DNA of 64,000 nucleotides from a virus, in UHGV virus genome UHGV-0140522; one strand, given 5' to 3'. The stretch's first letter is position 1, and every line of letters starts with the position of its first letter. A program made the position numbers and the translations under genes. Under the pieces are notes generated by a model, which made no database searches, had not been told where the DNA came from, and worked only from the letters and a program-made list of their open reading frames with translations. Of the stretch, positions 27,729 through 37,382 are shown piece after piece.

Positions 27729-28205
27729 TCATGTGTTTTCTTTGGTTGCTTCTTCAATGAGTGCCGCGTACACGTCAGTGACGGGCGCCAGTGAATCGGT
27801 GGACGTGGTTTTGGGTTTGGCTGGTTCTGTTTTCTTCGTGCGTTTAACCAGACTGTTAATCGTCATGGTGTTGCGCTTCCGGGTGAGCGTTCTGGCATGG
27901 TCGTTTTGCTCTTCCACTTCTTTGATAAGCGCAGTCATATCGATGAAGTAGAGCTGTTCGCCTTTGCGGATCTCTTCGACCATCATCTTCAGCGCCTGGC
28001 ATTTGCCGGCAGCAATGGCCGCAGCGCAGGACTGGAACGATGTAGCCGGGAGACGCTTCTCTTTGTAGGCGAGGATGGTGTGCTGGCAGACTGTATAGCT
28101 GCAATGAGCCTCATGGCCGTTGATCTTCACTTCCGGACAGCGCAGCGAATAACCGTTGTTTCCGGAGATAGACGGGATTTTCGACAAATCTGTTCTTGTG
28201 GACAT
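27729..28205 (-). CDS. Cys-rich hypothetical protein (start at MSTRTD; the track ORF upstream of this start runs through a terminator)
   Basis: A terminator hairpin and the conserved TAAGTAAGTAC motif lie between the track's first M and this ATG. Confidence 0.45.
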   Translation of the reverse strand: MSTRTDLSKIPSISGNNGYSLRCPEVKINGHEAHCSYTVCQHTILAYKEKRLPATSFQSCAAAIAAGKCQALKMMVEEIRKGEQLYFIDMTALIKEVEEQNDHARTLTRKRNTMTINSLVKRTKKTEPAKPKTTSTDSLAPVTDVYAALIEEATKENT

Positions 28206-28244
28206 GCTTATAACCGTAGTCGTGTACTTACTTATTGAGCGCAG

Positions 28245-28269
28245 TTTAAAAAAGCCCCACCAGGGGGCT
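28245..28269 (-). terminator. intrinsic terminator (AGCCCC-ACCAG-GGGGCT plus T-tract)
   Basis: Read directly. Confidence 0.55.
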
Positions 28270-28286
28270 AAATGGTTTATCAAGGC

Positions 28287-29081
28287 TTACCAGGTCGCCC
28301 AGCCAGTCATTTTGTCCTGAGCGGCTTCGAACCGGTATGGCTCCAGTAAATCGTTGGCATGGTGGACGGCGTATGATTTTGCCTCCTGTTTAATCATCGG
28401 CAGCTCGTTGGCCAGGCGTGCCACCTGCCCTGCAAAACTGGCGAGTACACCGTCACATGCCTGACCCGCGTCGACAATGATACGCACCAGGTCTAAGTCG
28501 CTACGGCACATATCGCAGATGATGCCGTATTCCACCTCACGAATGCGCTCAACGGCCTTTTTGGTATCGCCACTGACCACCAATTCCAGCAAACCAGGTG
28601 GGGTTGTCAGATCTGTTACGCGTTCGGTAACTTCAGGCAGTTCGACAATGCTCAGGAACGCCGCGATAGACGGATCATCCTCTACACCAGCCCTGCCTTT
28701 GATCGCGCGAAGAGTTGCGTCGACAATTTCCTCAAATCGTTCACCTTCATCACACACCGCCTGATTGGTGTAGACAACGCGGCCGTCGTACCATGCACCG
28801 GCACGTACTTCGACCGTTGCGTCCTTCATTTTGCGAGTGAACGCCACGAGTGCCGCGCGTTTCTGTTTAACACCAGGCAGCTCCGGGGACTCTCCAAAAC
28901 GAACCCATACCCGCATGTATTTCGAGCCTTCCCCAAGAGGTGCGGTGCCCACAGACGTGGCGATGTGCTCCAGCGCAGTTTGGATCGCCTCATCGATAAT
29001 CTTCTGGCGCTCTTCTGTATCAATTTCTACGCCTGATTTGTCGATAATTACGGTAACGGACTTCTGAATATCTGCTTTCAT
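28287..29081 (-). CDS. hypothetical protein (264 aa)
   Basis: ORF with a GAGGAA RBS. Confidence 0.5.
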   Translation of the reverse strand: MKADIQKSVTVIIDKSGVEIDTEERQKIIDEAIQTALEHIATSVGTAPLGEGSKYMRVWVRFGESPELPGVKQKRAALVAFTRKMKDATVEVRAGAWYDGRVVYTNQAVCDEGERFEEIVDATLRAIKGRAGVEDDPSIAAFLSIVELPEVTERVTDLTTPPGLLELVVSGDTKKAVERIREVEYGIICDMCRSDLDLVRIIVDAGQACDGVLASFAGQVARLANELPMIKQEAKSYAVHHANDLLEPYRFEAAQDKMTGWATW

Positions 29082-29264
29082 AAAGGTTCCTCAATTCCTT
29101 CGTCGCGCATATTCTTACAAAAAAATAAGTATGTATCTACTTAACAATATAGGCATTTTGTTTCGTTTATAAAAGATGCTCTTAATCCTGCCCAGTTGTA
29201 GCAGTCACGTCACTTCTATATGATTTCACTTAACTAATACGTTAAACACACAAGGCTTAGGTCT

Positions 29265-30335
29265 ATGACAACGTTGTCCAAAAACGTGATGCAACACAGG
29301 AAGGTATTGAAAGAAACCGGTTTGGCATTTGCCAAATCTATACCGCTTGTTGGGCCTCATATTGAGGCAGCGGAAAAAATGTTCACGTTGTTCTCAGAGA
29401 TAAATGCTACGACTTGTCGTGATCGATTCAACCGTTACATTATGGGCATTGGTGAAATTTGCGACGATGAGGTCGATATCTCAAGAGAACACTTTTCGGC
29501 GTTAGTCAAAAAGCTCGTGCTTGATGATGAAGACAAGAAAACAGAATACTACATCCGCTTGACGGTAAGCCTAGCCCGCAGCAGCCTTAACGACGATGAA
29601 CGACTACTTTTTATTCATATATTAAGTGAATTAACCTGCTCTGATATCGATTATGCCCGCAAGCTCTACATTGCAACGAATGCTTCCATCAAAGGTTTTA
29701 AAACATCAGCATCAGCTCAAGCCAGCATCACATCACAAAAAAAAGCACTGTCTCTGCGCTCACTCAATAAGCTCATTTCTTCAGGACTTGTTTACGAGGA
29801 TAGAACAGGTGAGATCAAGGCCAATCCGGGCTACAAACTAACAAGCGATTTAGAGCGTCTTTTGGGATTCATTTTCCATAGTGACGATCTACAACCTACG
29901 GCATTGTCCATTGAATCGAAAGAAGAATATGACGTCATTATTATTGACAGCGACAAGATTTACCGAGGCTCATATCCAAACATTATCTATCGTCAGCTTC
30001 GGGCTGCTGGAGTTAAAGTTTGCATAGAGAAAAGTGAAGACTGTATTGCCTACAAGCTAGCAACGCTCTTCATTTCCGTCAAAACAGGTAGCGGGTTGAA
30101 CGGTCTTGGCGAGTGGATAAATTATGGCGATATTAGCGTCCTCACACATTTAGATAACAGCACTAATCGCTTTTATGAAAGTGCATTCAGGGAGACAGTC
30201 GACCGCGAGCATTTTTCACCTGGAGACGACGATTCGTCATTCGATGCAAGTAAGCTAAATAACGCACTAAATAAGGTAGCTGCGTTTGTTTTAGACCGAC
30301 TATCTCCATCTATAGGAACTAAATTAAAGCCTTAA
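29265..30335 (+). CDS. AT-rich accessory protein (356 aa), unknown function, convergent with and overlapping the 3' end of the primase gene
   Basis: Opposite strand; lower GC; a sigma70-like promoter candidate upstream (TTGTAG..N17..TATGAT). Confidence 0.55.
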   Translation: MTTLSKNVMQHRKVLKETGLAFAKSIPLVGPHIEAAEKMFTLFSEINATTCRDRFNRYIMGIGEICDDEVDISREHFSALVKKLVLDDEDKKTEYYIRLTVSLARSSLNDDERLLFIHILSELTCSDIDYARKLYIATNASIKGFKTSASAQASITSQKKALSLRSLNKLISSGLVYEDRTGEIKANPGYKLTSDLERLLGFIFHSDDLQPTALSIESKEEYDVIIIDSDKIYRGSYPNIIYRQLRAAGVKVCIEKSEDCIAYKLATLFISVKTGSGLNGLGEWINYGDISVLTHLDNSTNRFYESAFRETVDREHFSPGDDDSSFDASKLNNALNKVAAFVLDRLSPSIGTKLKP

Positions 30336-31503
30336 TTCCCCGTACCTTGCTTTGTAGCTCCAACTGTCTGGAGTACGGCTTGGCACGATAATAGGCTTTT
30401 AGTATCTGCTCTGGCGTCGCGTCGCCGGGGTCGAGACCTTCTTCGCCCAGACAGGCCACTTTGACATTCAGTCCGATGCTGGTGAGACGTTTGGCCGCTG
30501 ACATGGTGTTGCGGATCGCTTGCTTTTCGCTGTCCCACATCATGATGACGTTGCGTAATCCACGCGCCTTGAGCGTCAGGAATGCGCCTAACTGATCTTC
30601 AGCGTCCTCATTCATATTTCCGGACAAGTGCATCCCGAACGTGCCAATTGGCTCTACATAATCCCGCAGCGTCTCTTCGTCGAAGATGGCTCGCTTCACG
30701 CCCATTACGTCAAATGCCCCTTCACACACAACGACCGTTTGTTTTCCGACTGCATTGTGGCCGTTGTAGAGAAACTTACCCGACGCCGGCAGCTGCATCG
30801 GAAAGAGGTAACGGCGTTCTGCTGCACCGGTAATGTCACGCCCTTGGAAGGTCTTCATCACGCCATCCAGATCGTAAACCGGTATCAGGATGCGCATATC
30901 AAACACCTGCCCTTTGACCTGGTCTGTGTACGGATCGACGTATGCGTGCTTGCCTTCGACGCAGTAACGCAGATCAAAGTATTTGGCCAGATCCGGGGAG
31001 ATATGGCGCTCCACCAGATAATCAGGAAGACGACCGTCAATGGGGAGTTCGTAATGTCGCGGGAGAGCTACTGGCCCTTCGAGTTCAACCTTGCTGGCCA
31101 GCACGACCTCTTCCTTCTTCGGCGCCCATCCTTGTGAGATCAGCGCGTTCTGGACGTACTCTTCAAAATCGCGACGGGATTTGCCGCTGTAGTGCTTGAG
31201 GAAGACCAGCTTGTTGAACTGAATCTCTTCGGGATGATCACCAGCAAAGCATTTGCCGACGCCATTGGTCAGGTTGAAATAAACCTTCCAGTTTGAGCTG
31301 CCGCATACCGGACACTCCTTGATATTCACCTCACGTCCACGAGTACTGACGCCACCACGACGGTAGATGATTCCTTCCATATCGAGCCATTGTTCAAAAT
31401 CCAGCTCGGTCAGTAATTCTTTCAAGTCGCTCACGTTCTTAACCCTACTTTTTGCAGGTAATATCTCGATAAGCCTCGGTATTTGAATACCATAAAGGCT
31501 CAT
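30319..31503 (-). CDS. DNA primase (DnaG-like: zinc ribbon CPVCGS..C..H plus TOPRIM)
   Basis: Zn-binding motif and the acidic TOPRIM residues (EGAFD, DSE.. region); start set at the ATG for MSLYGIQ (the track begins at an upstream TTG). Confidence 0.75.
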   Translation of the reverse strand: MSLYGIQIPRLIEILPAKSRVKNVSDLKELLTELDFEQWLDMEGIIYRRGGVSTRGREVNIKECPVCGSSNWKVYFNLTNGVGKCFAGDHPEEIQFNKLVFLKHYSGKSRRDFEEYVQNALISQGWAPKKEEVVLASKVELEGPVALPRHYELPIDGRLPDYLVERHISPDLAKYFDLRYCVEGKHAYVDPYTDQVKGQVFDMRILIPVYDLDGVMKTFQGRDITGAAERRYLFPMQLPASGKFLYNGHNAVGKQTVVVCEGAFDVMGVKRAIFDEETLRDYVEPIGTFGMHLSGNMNEDAEDQLGAFLTLKARGLRNVIMMWDSEKQAIRNTMSAAKRLTSIGLNVKVACLGEEGLDPGDATPEQILKAYYRAKPYSRQLELQSKVRGIKALI

Positions 31504-31559
31504 GTGTTTTTTCTTTTGTGGCTTTGGCAAAAGAGAAAATTTGTTCTCTTATGGAGACC

Positions 31560-31596
31560 GGCGTGGAGAGCGTTTCTCCACGCCTTCTTTTTTTTT
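31560..31596 (+). terminator. orphan plus-strand terminator-like hairpin (GGCGTGGAGA-loop-TCTCCACGCC plus T9) between the helicase and primase genes
   Basis: The T-tract follows the hairpin only on the plus strand, while the flanking genes are on the minus strand. Confidence 0.35.
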
Positions 31597-32935
31597 AGAG
31601 GACGTCCATAATGCGTTCGATGAATCGCATTTGTTCGAGGTTCTGCTTAACGCGGATGCTTACGCCGCCTTTCTGGTTACGTGAACCAGCGAAGTACAGA
31701 CGCGCTTCGCCTTTCGCTTCTTCCTCTTCCGTTTTGTTGATCGTGATAACGAGGTCAGCGATACGCACCTTCTCGATGTTGTCCGCTGCGTGCATCATTG
31801 TGGCCACCTCTGAAGCACCACCTTCCCTGTTAGTCTGCGATGCAGTGATGCCGGCAACGTTGTGTTTGTCGTACAGCGCACGCAGGTCAGTGTAGATGCT
31901 GCGAATGTTGGCGCGGTCGTCGCGGAGGTCGTAGCTGGCACGCATCAGGTCGGCGTAGTCGACCACGACCATGTCGGGGATCATGCCATTGGCTTTCATG
32001 CTGCCCAACATACGATCCAGATCTGCAGGCGACATGCTTCCGGACGGTCGTTCAACAATCCACAAGCTCCCCACGCCTTTCGTCGCGCCCAGCTCTGCCA
32101 GTTTGCGATGGACGTCGTCGCGGCGCTCCACCAGCTTGGACATTTCGGTCTCAGACAGACGGGCGTCAAAGCGATCTGACAGAATGGAGGTGTGAACTTC
32201 CAGCGACAGATACAGGACGTTGTAACCGGCAAGCGTGGCGTTGATGGAGAACTCACCCATCGCTGTCGATTTACCAGACTTCGCGAAGCCCATGAACAGC
32301 ACCATTTCACGCTTTGCCCAGCCTTTCTGGTAAAGCAGCTTGTCGAGCAGCGGTAGACCCGTCGTGATGCTGTTTGGCACGTAATCGTCGGATGCTTCAT
32401 ACTCACGCGCCTTGTAACGCTCTGCTGATTCAGAGAAGTAATCGTAAATGCCGGTCGCTTCGTTAGAGCCGATTTGCTGGACTTTGGCCATGATTGCCAT
32501 TGCGCCCTGGAAATCGCCCTTCTCTTTCATCTCAGCCGCTTTAATCAGCGCGTCGTCGAACGCTACGCTTTTGGCAAACGTCGCGACCTGGTCGACCATG
32601 TACGCCGTATCTGACAGCTTCTCCGCGAGAATCCGCTTAAACGCCTCAACGACGTCGGGGAACAGCTCTTCGCGGATCGTCTTATCGCGTTTGGCGCGTT
32701 TGAGCATGTCGAGGATGGCCGACGATGATGGTGCGCTCTTATACATTCTGTAGTAGCCCGACACCATGTTCACCAGAATGGCGTTGGCCGCATTGGAGAA
32801 CTGGTTTGGCGCAACCAGATCACCGGCGCGAGTGAGAAATTCATGGTCGCGACAGAAGTAGGCTGCGAGTCGATTCTGGAAATCGTCGTCGAACTCTTCA
32901 GACAACCCTCGTCCTGTGTGGCAAAGTTCGGTCAT
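31595..32935 (-). CDS. dnaB: replicative DNA helicase, DnaB family
   Basis: Walker A GFAKSGKST and the RecA-like C-terminal domain; AAAGGAAAG RBS. Confidence 0.85.
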   Translation of the reverse strand: MTELCHTGRGLSEEFDDDFQNRLAAYFCRDHEFLTRAGDLVAPNQFSNAANAILVNMVSGYYRMYKSAPSSSAILDMLKRAKRDKTIREELFPDVVEAFKRILAEKLSDTAYMVDQVATFAKSVAFDDALIKAAEMKEKGDFQGAMAIMAKVQQIGSNEATGIYDYFSESAERYKAREYEASDDYVPNSITTGLPLLDKLLYQKGWAKREMVLFMGFAKSGKSTAMGEFSINATLAGYNVLYLSLEVHTSILSDRFDARLSETEMSKLVERRDDVHRKLAELGATKGVGSLWIVERPSGSMSPADLDRMLGSMKANGMIPDMVVVDYADLMRASYDLRDDRANIRSIYTDLRALYDKHNVAGITASQTNREGGASEVATMMHAADNIEKVRIADLVITINKTEEEEAKGEARLYFAGSRNQKGGVSIRVKQNLEQMRFIERIMDVL

Positions 32936-32995
32936 GTGCTTTCCTTTGGTGCTTAAACAATTTGTTTTCTAATACTAAAAAAGCCAAATAGGGGA

Positions 32996-33721
32996 TCAAC
33001 AGAATCGCCGTGCTTCTTCCAGTTCTTCCGGGAAGTGCGCGTAAATCACACGCTCAGGCACGATTTCCATCAACCAGACAGCGGAGAAGATGATGCGGAC
33101 GCGTTTGTCTCGGGTAATGCCACGCAGACGCTCCAGAACCCACTCAAAATAGCGTTCTTGAATCGGGTCGTCCTGCATGTCTCCCAGATGCTTAAAACTC
33201 ACCAGAGAGTCATCCAGACGGGTTACAGCGCGTTTGGCTAACTTCTCTTCGAAAATCTCGATCAGCTCGGGCTGCCAGAGATGCTGGGGGCGAGGTAATT
33301 TGTCCCACAGACGGCGTGCAGCTGCGGAAAGAACGGTAGAAATAAAGTAGTCATAAGAGCAGCAGTACTGGTCGGCAAACTGGCGTGCTTTCCAGAGAGA
33401 CGTTTTGTTGGCCGTCGACAGCTCCTGATACGGCACACGTTTCAAACCGGTAGTGAATTGGGCCGTCTCATAGTGCTCGCGGCCATGCGACAGCATGATG
33501 TATGAGTACTGGCGCTTGTATGCCTCAGTGAAGAGGCATGTGGCCATAAGCGGGTGCATGTCGCGGTAATCGAACCACTTTGTCTCGAACAGCTCTGCCT
33601 CATCCTTACAGCGTGACAGCCCAATATTCTCGGCCACCCACTTGTCCATGACTGTGGTGTCCCACTCGGTCATGAAGTCGTACTGGTCGTTGTTAATAGT
33701 GTTAAAGAAGATCTGGCTCAT
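32996..33721 (-). CDS. hypothetical protein (241 aa) downstream of the helicase (possible replication accessory protein)
   Basis: ORF track; no motifs recognised. Confidence 0.45.
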   Translation of the reverse strand: MSQIFFNTINNDQYDFMTEWDTTVMDKWVAENIGLSRCKDEAELFETKWFDYRDMHPLMATCLFTEAYKRQYSYIMLSHGREHYETAQFTTGLKRVPYQELSTANKTSLWKARQFADQYCCSYDYFISTVLSAAARRLWDKLPRPQHLWQPELIEIFEEKLAKRAVTRLDDSLVSFKHLGDMQDDPIQERYFEWVLERLRGITRDKRVRIIFSAVWLMEIVPERVIYAHFPEELEEARRFC

Positions 33722-33912
33722 GTGCTTTGCTCGATAGGTAGTTACTTACTTATCATAATGAGCGAATCATAGCGACTGGAGACTGTTTTTGGAAGTGGAA
33801 ACGGAAGGGAATGTGTCTGGGAAGTTGGCATAGAAAAAGACCTGCTCCCGTATAAATAATAATAAGTAACTTAGTATTTATATACGAAAACAGGTTCACA
33901 GAAGTATAATTT

Positions 33913-35616
33913 TTAAATTGTTTTAATAATATACCTTACCCTAAATTCATTTAAAGAAGACAATTTAGAAATCCTTACAAGTGCATCTTTGGCCTTTCTG
34001 GTTATCTGCTCTTGCTCACTGGTGGGATTAGTTAAGTTGTCAAATTTTAACAGACCATTTTTGACTAGATTCATCACATCTCGTTCACATGTTGTCATCC
34101 AATTGAAATAGTCATCCTCACTAAAATTATTCAAAGCATCAACATCTCTTGGGTTATAAGAATTGCCTGCACTTAGCTTAATTAGTATATCTTCTAAAGA
34201 AATCCCTTCATATTTAAGTGCAACGATTCGATTTTTAATGACACTTGACAATTTTTCAAAATTTATATGTGCATCTATTAAATCTGAATACGCTAAATTT
34301 ATATCACATCTTTCGAAAAATGCATCAGTATATTTCGTAATGTAGTCGTCACAATCTTCCCCTAGAGATTCCAACATTTCCATTAAACTGGATACCCTAC
34401 CCAATGGAAGATCACAAAGATTTTCTTCAAATAGCTTTTTAATTTCAGAAATAAAAACAAAATCATTCTTTGCAAAGGACCCAGTATAAATAGCCCAAAC
34501 ATCATTAACTTTATTATTCAATGTGATATTAGTATAATCTTTATTCTTCTTTTGGATTACTTCACCAAGATTACTTGCAGCGATTTTATAACCATGTTTT
34601 AGATGAAAGTCAATATCATCATCAAACACACCATCGCATCTATTAAAAACATCTTCGACATTACCTACAAATAGATGCACAGGTGTTTTGTTATCTACTT
34701 CATCGTCTGGAATGTAGTATGCATTTGTATTAATGAGAGTTTTGAACTCTTCGTAATCGACGTCATGAACCCCAGAATAGTAGACAAATGAAAATAAAGC
34801 TACTCTATTGACAAAGTCAGCTCTAACCTGTTCATGTGCTTCGCAAAGGTCTTTTTCATATTCTGCAAGCATATTTTTAATTTTAATTAATATCCGAATG
34901 TTTTTAATATCCAAATGCAATACAATTTCTTTTAAATATTTATAGTTTTTATCATTTTTAAAAAAAACTTTATCCAGGTTATCAATGGCCATTGGGGAAA
35001 ACATAATATCTAGATCTACAATTTTCTCTCTGTACTCTGAGAATTGTTTTTCCTCTTTTGTCCCCTTGAGATTGTTTTCATTATAAACCAGTATTATTTT
35101 ACAGTTTTTCTTTCGGGCTAACTCATCAATCAACCCCATGATATCCTTTATCTCTAAAGAGTTACCTTTTCTTTCTAAATCGTCAAAACAAATTACATAA
35201 TCCTTTACAAACGAATATTCAACAGCCGAAACAAAATTTCCCGCTCTAAAACCTATAGACGTATTGTCGAAATATTTTATAATGAACTTAGATAATCTAT
35301 TATATTTTAAACAATAACAAATTTTGGAAAGGAATTTCCCATTCACTATTTTATCTTGTTCGACAAGTGTCTGCCTATACTTTTTTTCATTTATTGGAGT
35401 CGCCAAATGAAATATTTCTTTCTTAATTTCATTTATTGAGTTTTTTCCAAAAAGAGAAATATATGAGTAAGCACTTTTATTTAGCGAATTAACATTTTTG
35501 TGATAGTACCCATTCCAAAAATGTGTTTTCCCTATCCCCCAATCACCTTTTATTACAGCAACCTTATTGTCTGAATTGAAAAAAGTGTTTAAGACTTCAT
35601 CCAAATTTATCATCAT
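33913..35616 (-). CDS. KAP-family P-loop NTPase (very AT-rich, Lys/Asn/Ile-rich)
   Basis: N-terminal GDWGIGKT Walker A and ICFDDLER Walker B are hallmark KAP NTPase motifs; composition is sharply lower in GC than the flanks. Confidence 0.7.
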   Translation of the reverse strand: MMINLDEVLNTFFNSDNKVAVIKGDWGIGKTHFWNGYYHKNVNSLNKSAYSYISLFGKNSINEIKKEIFHLATPINEKKYRQTLVEQDKIVNGKFLSKICYCLKYNRLSKFIIKYFDNTSIGFRAGNFVSAVEYSFVKDYVICFDDLERKGNSLEIKDIMGLIDELARKKNCKIILVYNENNLKGTKEEKQFSEYREKIVDLDIMFSPMAIDNLDKVFFKNDKNYKYLKEIVLHLDIKNIRILIKIKNMLAEYEKDLCEAHEQVRADFVNRVALFSFVYYSGVHDVDYEEFKTLINTNAYYIPDDEVDNKTPVHLFVGNVEDVFNRCDGVFDDDIDFHLKHGYKIAASNLGEVIQKKNKDYTNITLNNKVNDVWAIYTGSFAKNDFVFISEIKKLFEENLCDLPLGRVSSLMEMLESLGEDCDDYITKYTDAFFERCDINLAYSDLIDAHINFEKLSSVIKNRIVALKYEGISLEDILIKLSAGNSYNPRDVDALNNFSEDDYFNWMTTCERDVMNLVKNGLLKFDNLTNPTSEQEQITRKAKDALVRISKLSSLNEFRVRYIIKTI

Positions 35617-35638
35617 TTATGCTCTATTTGACAAATGT

Positions 35639-35662
35639 AAAAGGCGCCTCTCAGCGCCTTTT
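35639..35662. terminator. bidirectional terminator (AAGGCGC-CTCTCA-GCGCCTT) between the par partner gene and the KAP gene
   Basis: Read directly. Confidence 0.55.
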
Positions 35663-35664
35663 AC

Positions 35665-36024
35665 TTAACCTTTCTTCATCAGCTCACGCTTGATTTCATC
35701 GGTGCGCATCGTGACGTCGGCAGCGGTGATCGCCTCGTTCAGTTTCACGATGTCTTCGATTTCCTGCGGCGACTTCTCTGCCAGATGGAAAATGGCTGCG
35801 CGAATCACGTCAGAACGGGTGAACTTCTCGAAACGAGGGATGAACTTCATCATCTCCAGCAGATCGAAGTACTCGTCTTCCAGCGACATTGTGCGGCTCT
35901 TAATCTTCTCTTTCCCACGAGTCGGACGCCCCTGCGGTCTGACTGGCTGGCGCATTGGGGTGCTGCTTTTTACCGGTTCTTCCGGATCTTTGCGCTTTGC
36001 AAGGTCTCCCATTCTCATGGACAT
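35665..36024 (-). CDS. small partition protein, ParB/ParG-like partner of ParA (119 aa)
   Basis: Translationally coupled (ATGA) downstream of parA; basic N-terminus plus a helical C-terminus, typical of type Ib centromere-binding proteins. Confidence 0.5.
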   Translation of the reverse strand: MSMRMGDLAKRKDPEEPVKSSTPMRQPVRPQGRPTRGKEKIKSRTMSLEDEYFDLLEMMKFIPRFEKFTRSDVIRAAIFHLAEKSPQEIEDIVKLNEAITAADVTMRTDEIKRELMKKG

Positions 36025-36689
36025 TATTCTTCCTCCAGACTCATGATGTAATCTACAAACTCTTCAAACTCGGCTTCTGCCTTCTTATCGCGTTCGGCGC
36101 CAGTCATTTCAAAGATAGAACGACCTGCCTCTTCCGCATCGTCATAAACGTTACGGTTGTACAGGTTAACCGGCGCAGCCTCGATGCCGAATGTCTCGAC
36201 AATTTCTTTCGCCGCCAGAATACGTGACGCCTGGGAAGGCAGTGACGGACACTGGTTCACTACCGCGCGGATCTTCACAGTCTCGTTCACGTTGCGAACG
36301 TTGTCGATAATCGGGTCGATATCACGCAGGGATTTCAAATCACGACGCTTAGGGCGAAGCGGGATAATGATGAAGTCTGCCAGCAGCATCGCTTGTCGCT
36401 GAATTTCGGAGTCAAAACCACCCGCATCAATGACGACGTAATCGTAGCGTCCCTTCAGCGATTTGATGTGTTTGACGATGTCGTCCTGAACGTATGCGAA
36501 CGGGATTAGCTCAAGATCTTCGTTCTGGCGACGGTCTTCGCACCAGCTCGTTGTGGTGCGCTGAATATCAATGTCGGTGACGTGAGTCTTCTTTTTCTTT
36601 TTAACTTTGAGGCATACCGCAATTTGCTGGGCAACGGTAGATTTGCCTGGGCCGCCTTTTGTGCCGCCAACCACAATGATCCTGGTCAT
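36024..36689 (-). CDS. parA: ParA/Soj-family partition ATPase (short type Ib form)
   Basis: Deviant Walker A GGTKGGPGKST at the N-terminus; 221 aa; AAGGGAA RBS. Confidence 0.85.
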   Translation of the reverse strand: MTRIIVVGGTKGGPGKSTVAQQIAVCLKVKKKKKTHVTDIDIQRTTTSWCEDRRQNEDLELIPFAYVQDDIVKHIKSLKGRYDYVVIDAGGFDSEIQRQAMLLADFIIIPLRPKRRDLKSLRDIDPIIDNVRNVNETVKIRAVVNQCPSLPSQASRILAAKEIVETFGIEAAPVNLYNRNVYDDAEEAGRSIFEMTGAERDKKAEAEFEEFVDYIMSLEEE

Positions 36690-36934
36690 TGGTGAGTTCC
36701 CTTTGCGTGAATTATTGTCGTATGAAACAACTTGTTTTCTTATATGCGATATAGCCTAAATGCCTACGGCTACGGTGTAAAGGTGAAATGATAGGCAATG
36801 CAGGGTGTTAGCTCACAGAGCAAACTAACAGTTGAATGTTTGGCCAATCAGCCTTATAGTGAATGTACGGAAAGACGCCGTACATATGACGGGTTTGACC
36901 GATAATATTATTGATGCTTGAAATGACTATATAA

Positions 36935-37040
36935 ATACTGATCTTACTGAATAAATACCGTTTAAATTACTGTTACTAATCGCTTATATACTGACATTAA
37001 ATTATTGAGTTGATACTGAAATAGCTTATATATCTGACAC
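36935..37040. repeat. cluster of (T)ATACTGA(C) direct repeats upstream of parA; candidate centromere (parS-like) iterons
   Basis: At least 4 copies plus variants in an AT-rich 420-bp divergent intergenic region. Confidence 0.4.
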
Positions 37041-37109
37041 TTATATCATTTAATTATATCTAGACAAAGAAGTGCCTCACAGCTTGGGAAGTGAGGCCAG
37101 GAGTAAAGC

Positions 37110-37379
37110 ATGTCAGCACTGAAAAAACAGCGCATCGATCTAAGATTAACTGACGACGACAAGAGCATGATCGAAGAAGCTGCGGCAATGACCAACCAGA
37201 CTATTACTCAGTTTATGGTTGCCAGCGCCTCTGAACGTGCTGCGGAAGTGATAGAGCAACATCGCCGCTTGATTCTCAGTGAAGAGTCCTGGAATCTGGT
37301 AATGGATGCCATCAGTAACCCGCCTGCACCGAACGATAGGCTGAAACGAGCTGCCAAACGTCTACAAAGCATGGAGTAA
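37110..37379 (+). CDS. DUF1778-type RHH antitoxin (TacA/KacA/AtaR-like)
   Basis: 89 aa; N-terminal ribbon-helix-helix; GGAG RBS; it sits 3 nt upstream of the GNAT gene. Confidence 0.7.
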   Translation: MSALKKQRIDLRLTDDDKSMIEEAAAMTNQTITQFMVASASERAAEVIEQHRRLILSEESWNLVMDAISNPPAPNDRLKRAAKRLQSME

Positions 37380-37382
37380 GAC

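Noticed and set aside
31440-31596. A small plus-strand sRNA gene driven by a TTGGCA-N17-TCTTAT promoter ending at the 31560 hairpin
   Set aside because: The -10 is weak and the predicted transcript would be only ~30 nt, which is too speculative without expression data. It is reported only as an orphan terminator-like hairpin.
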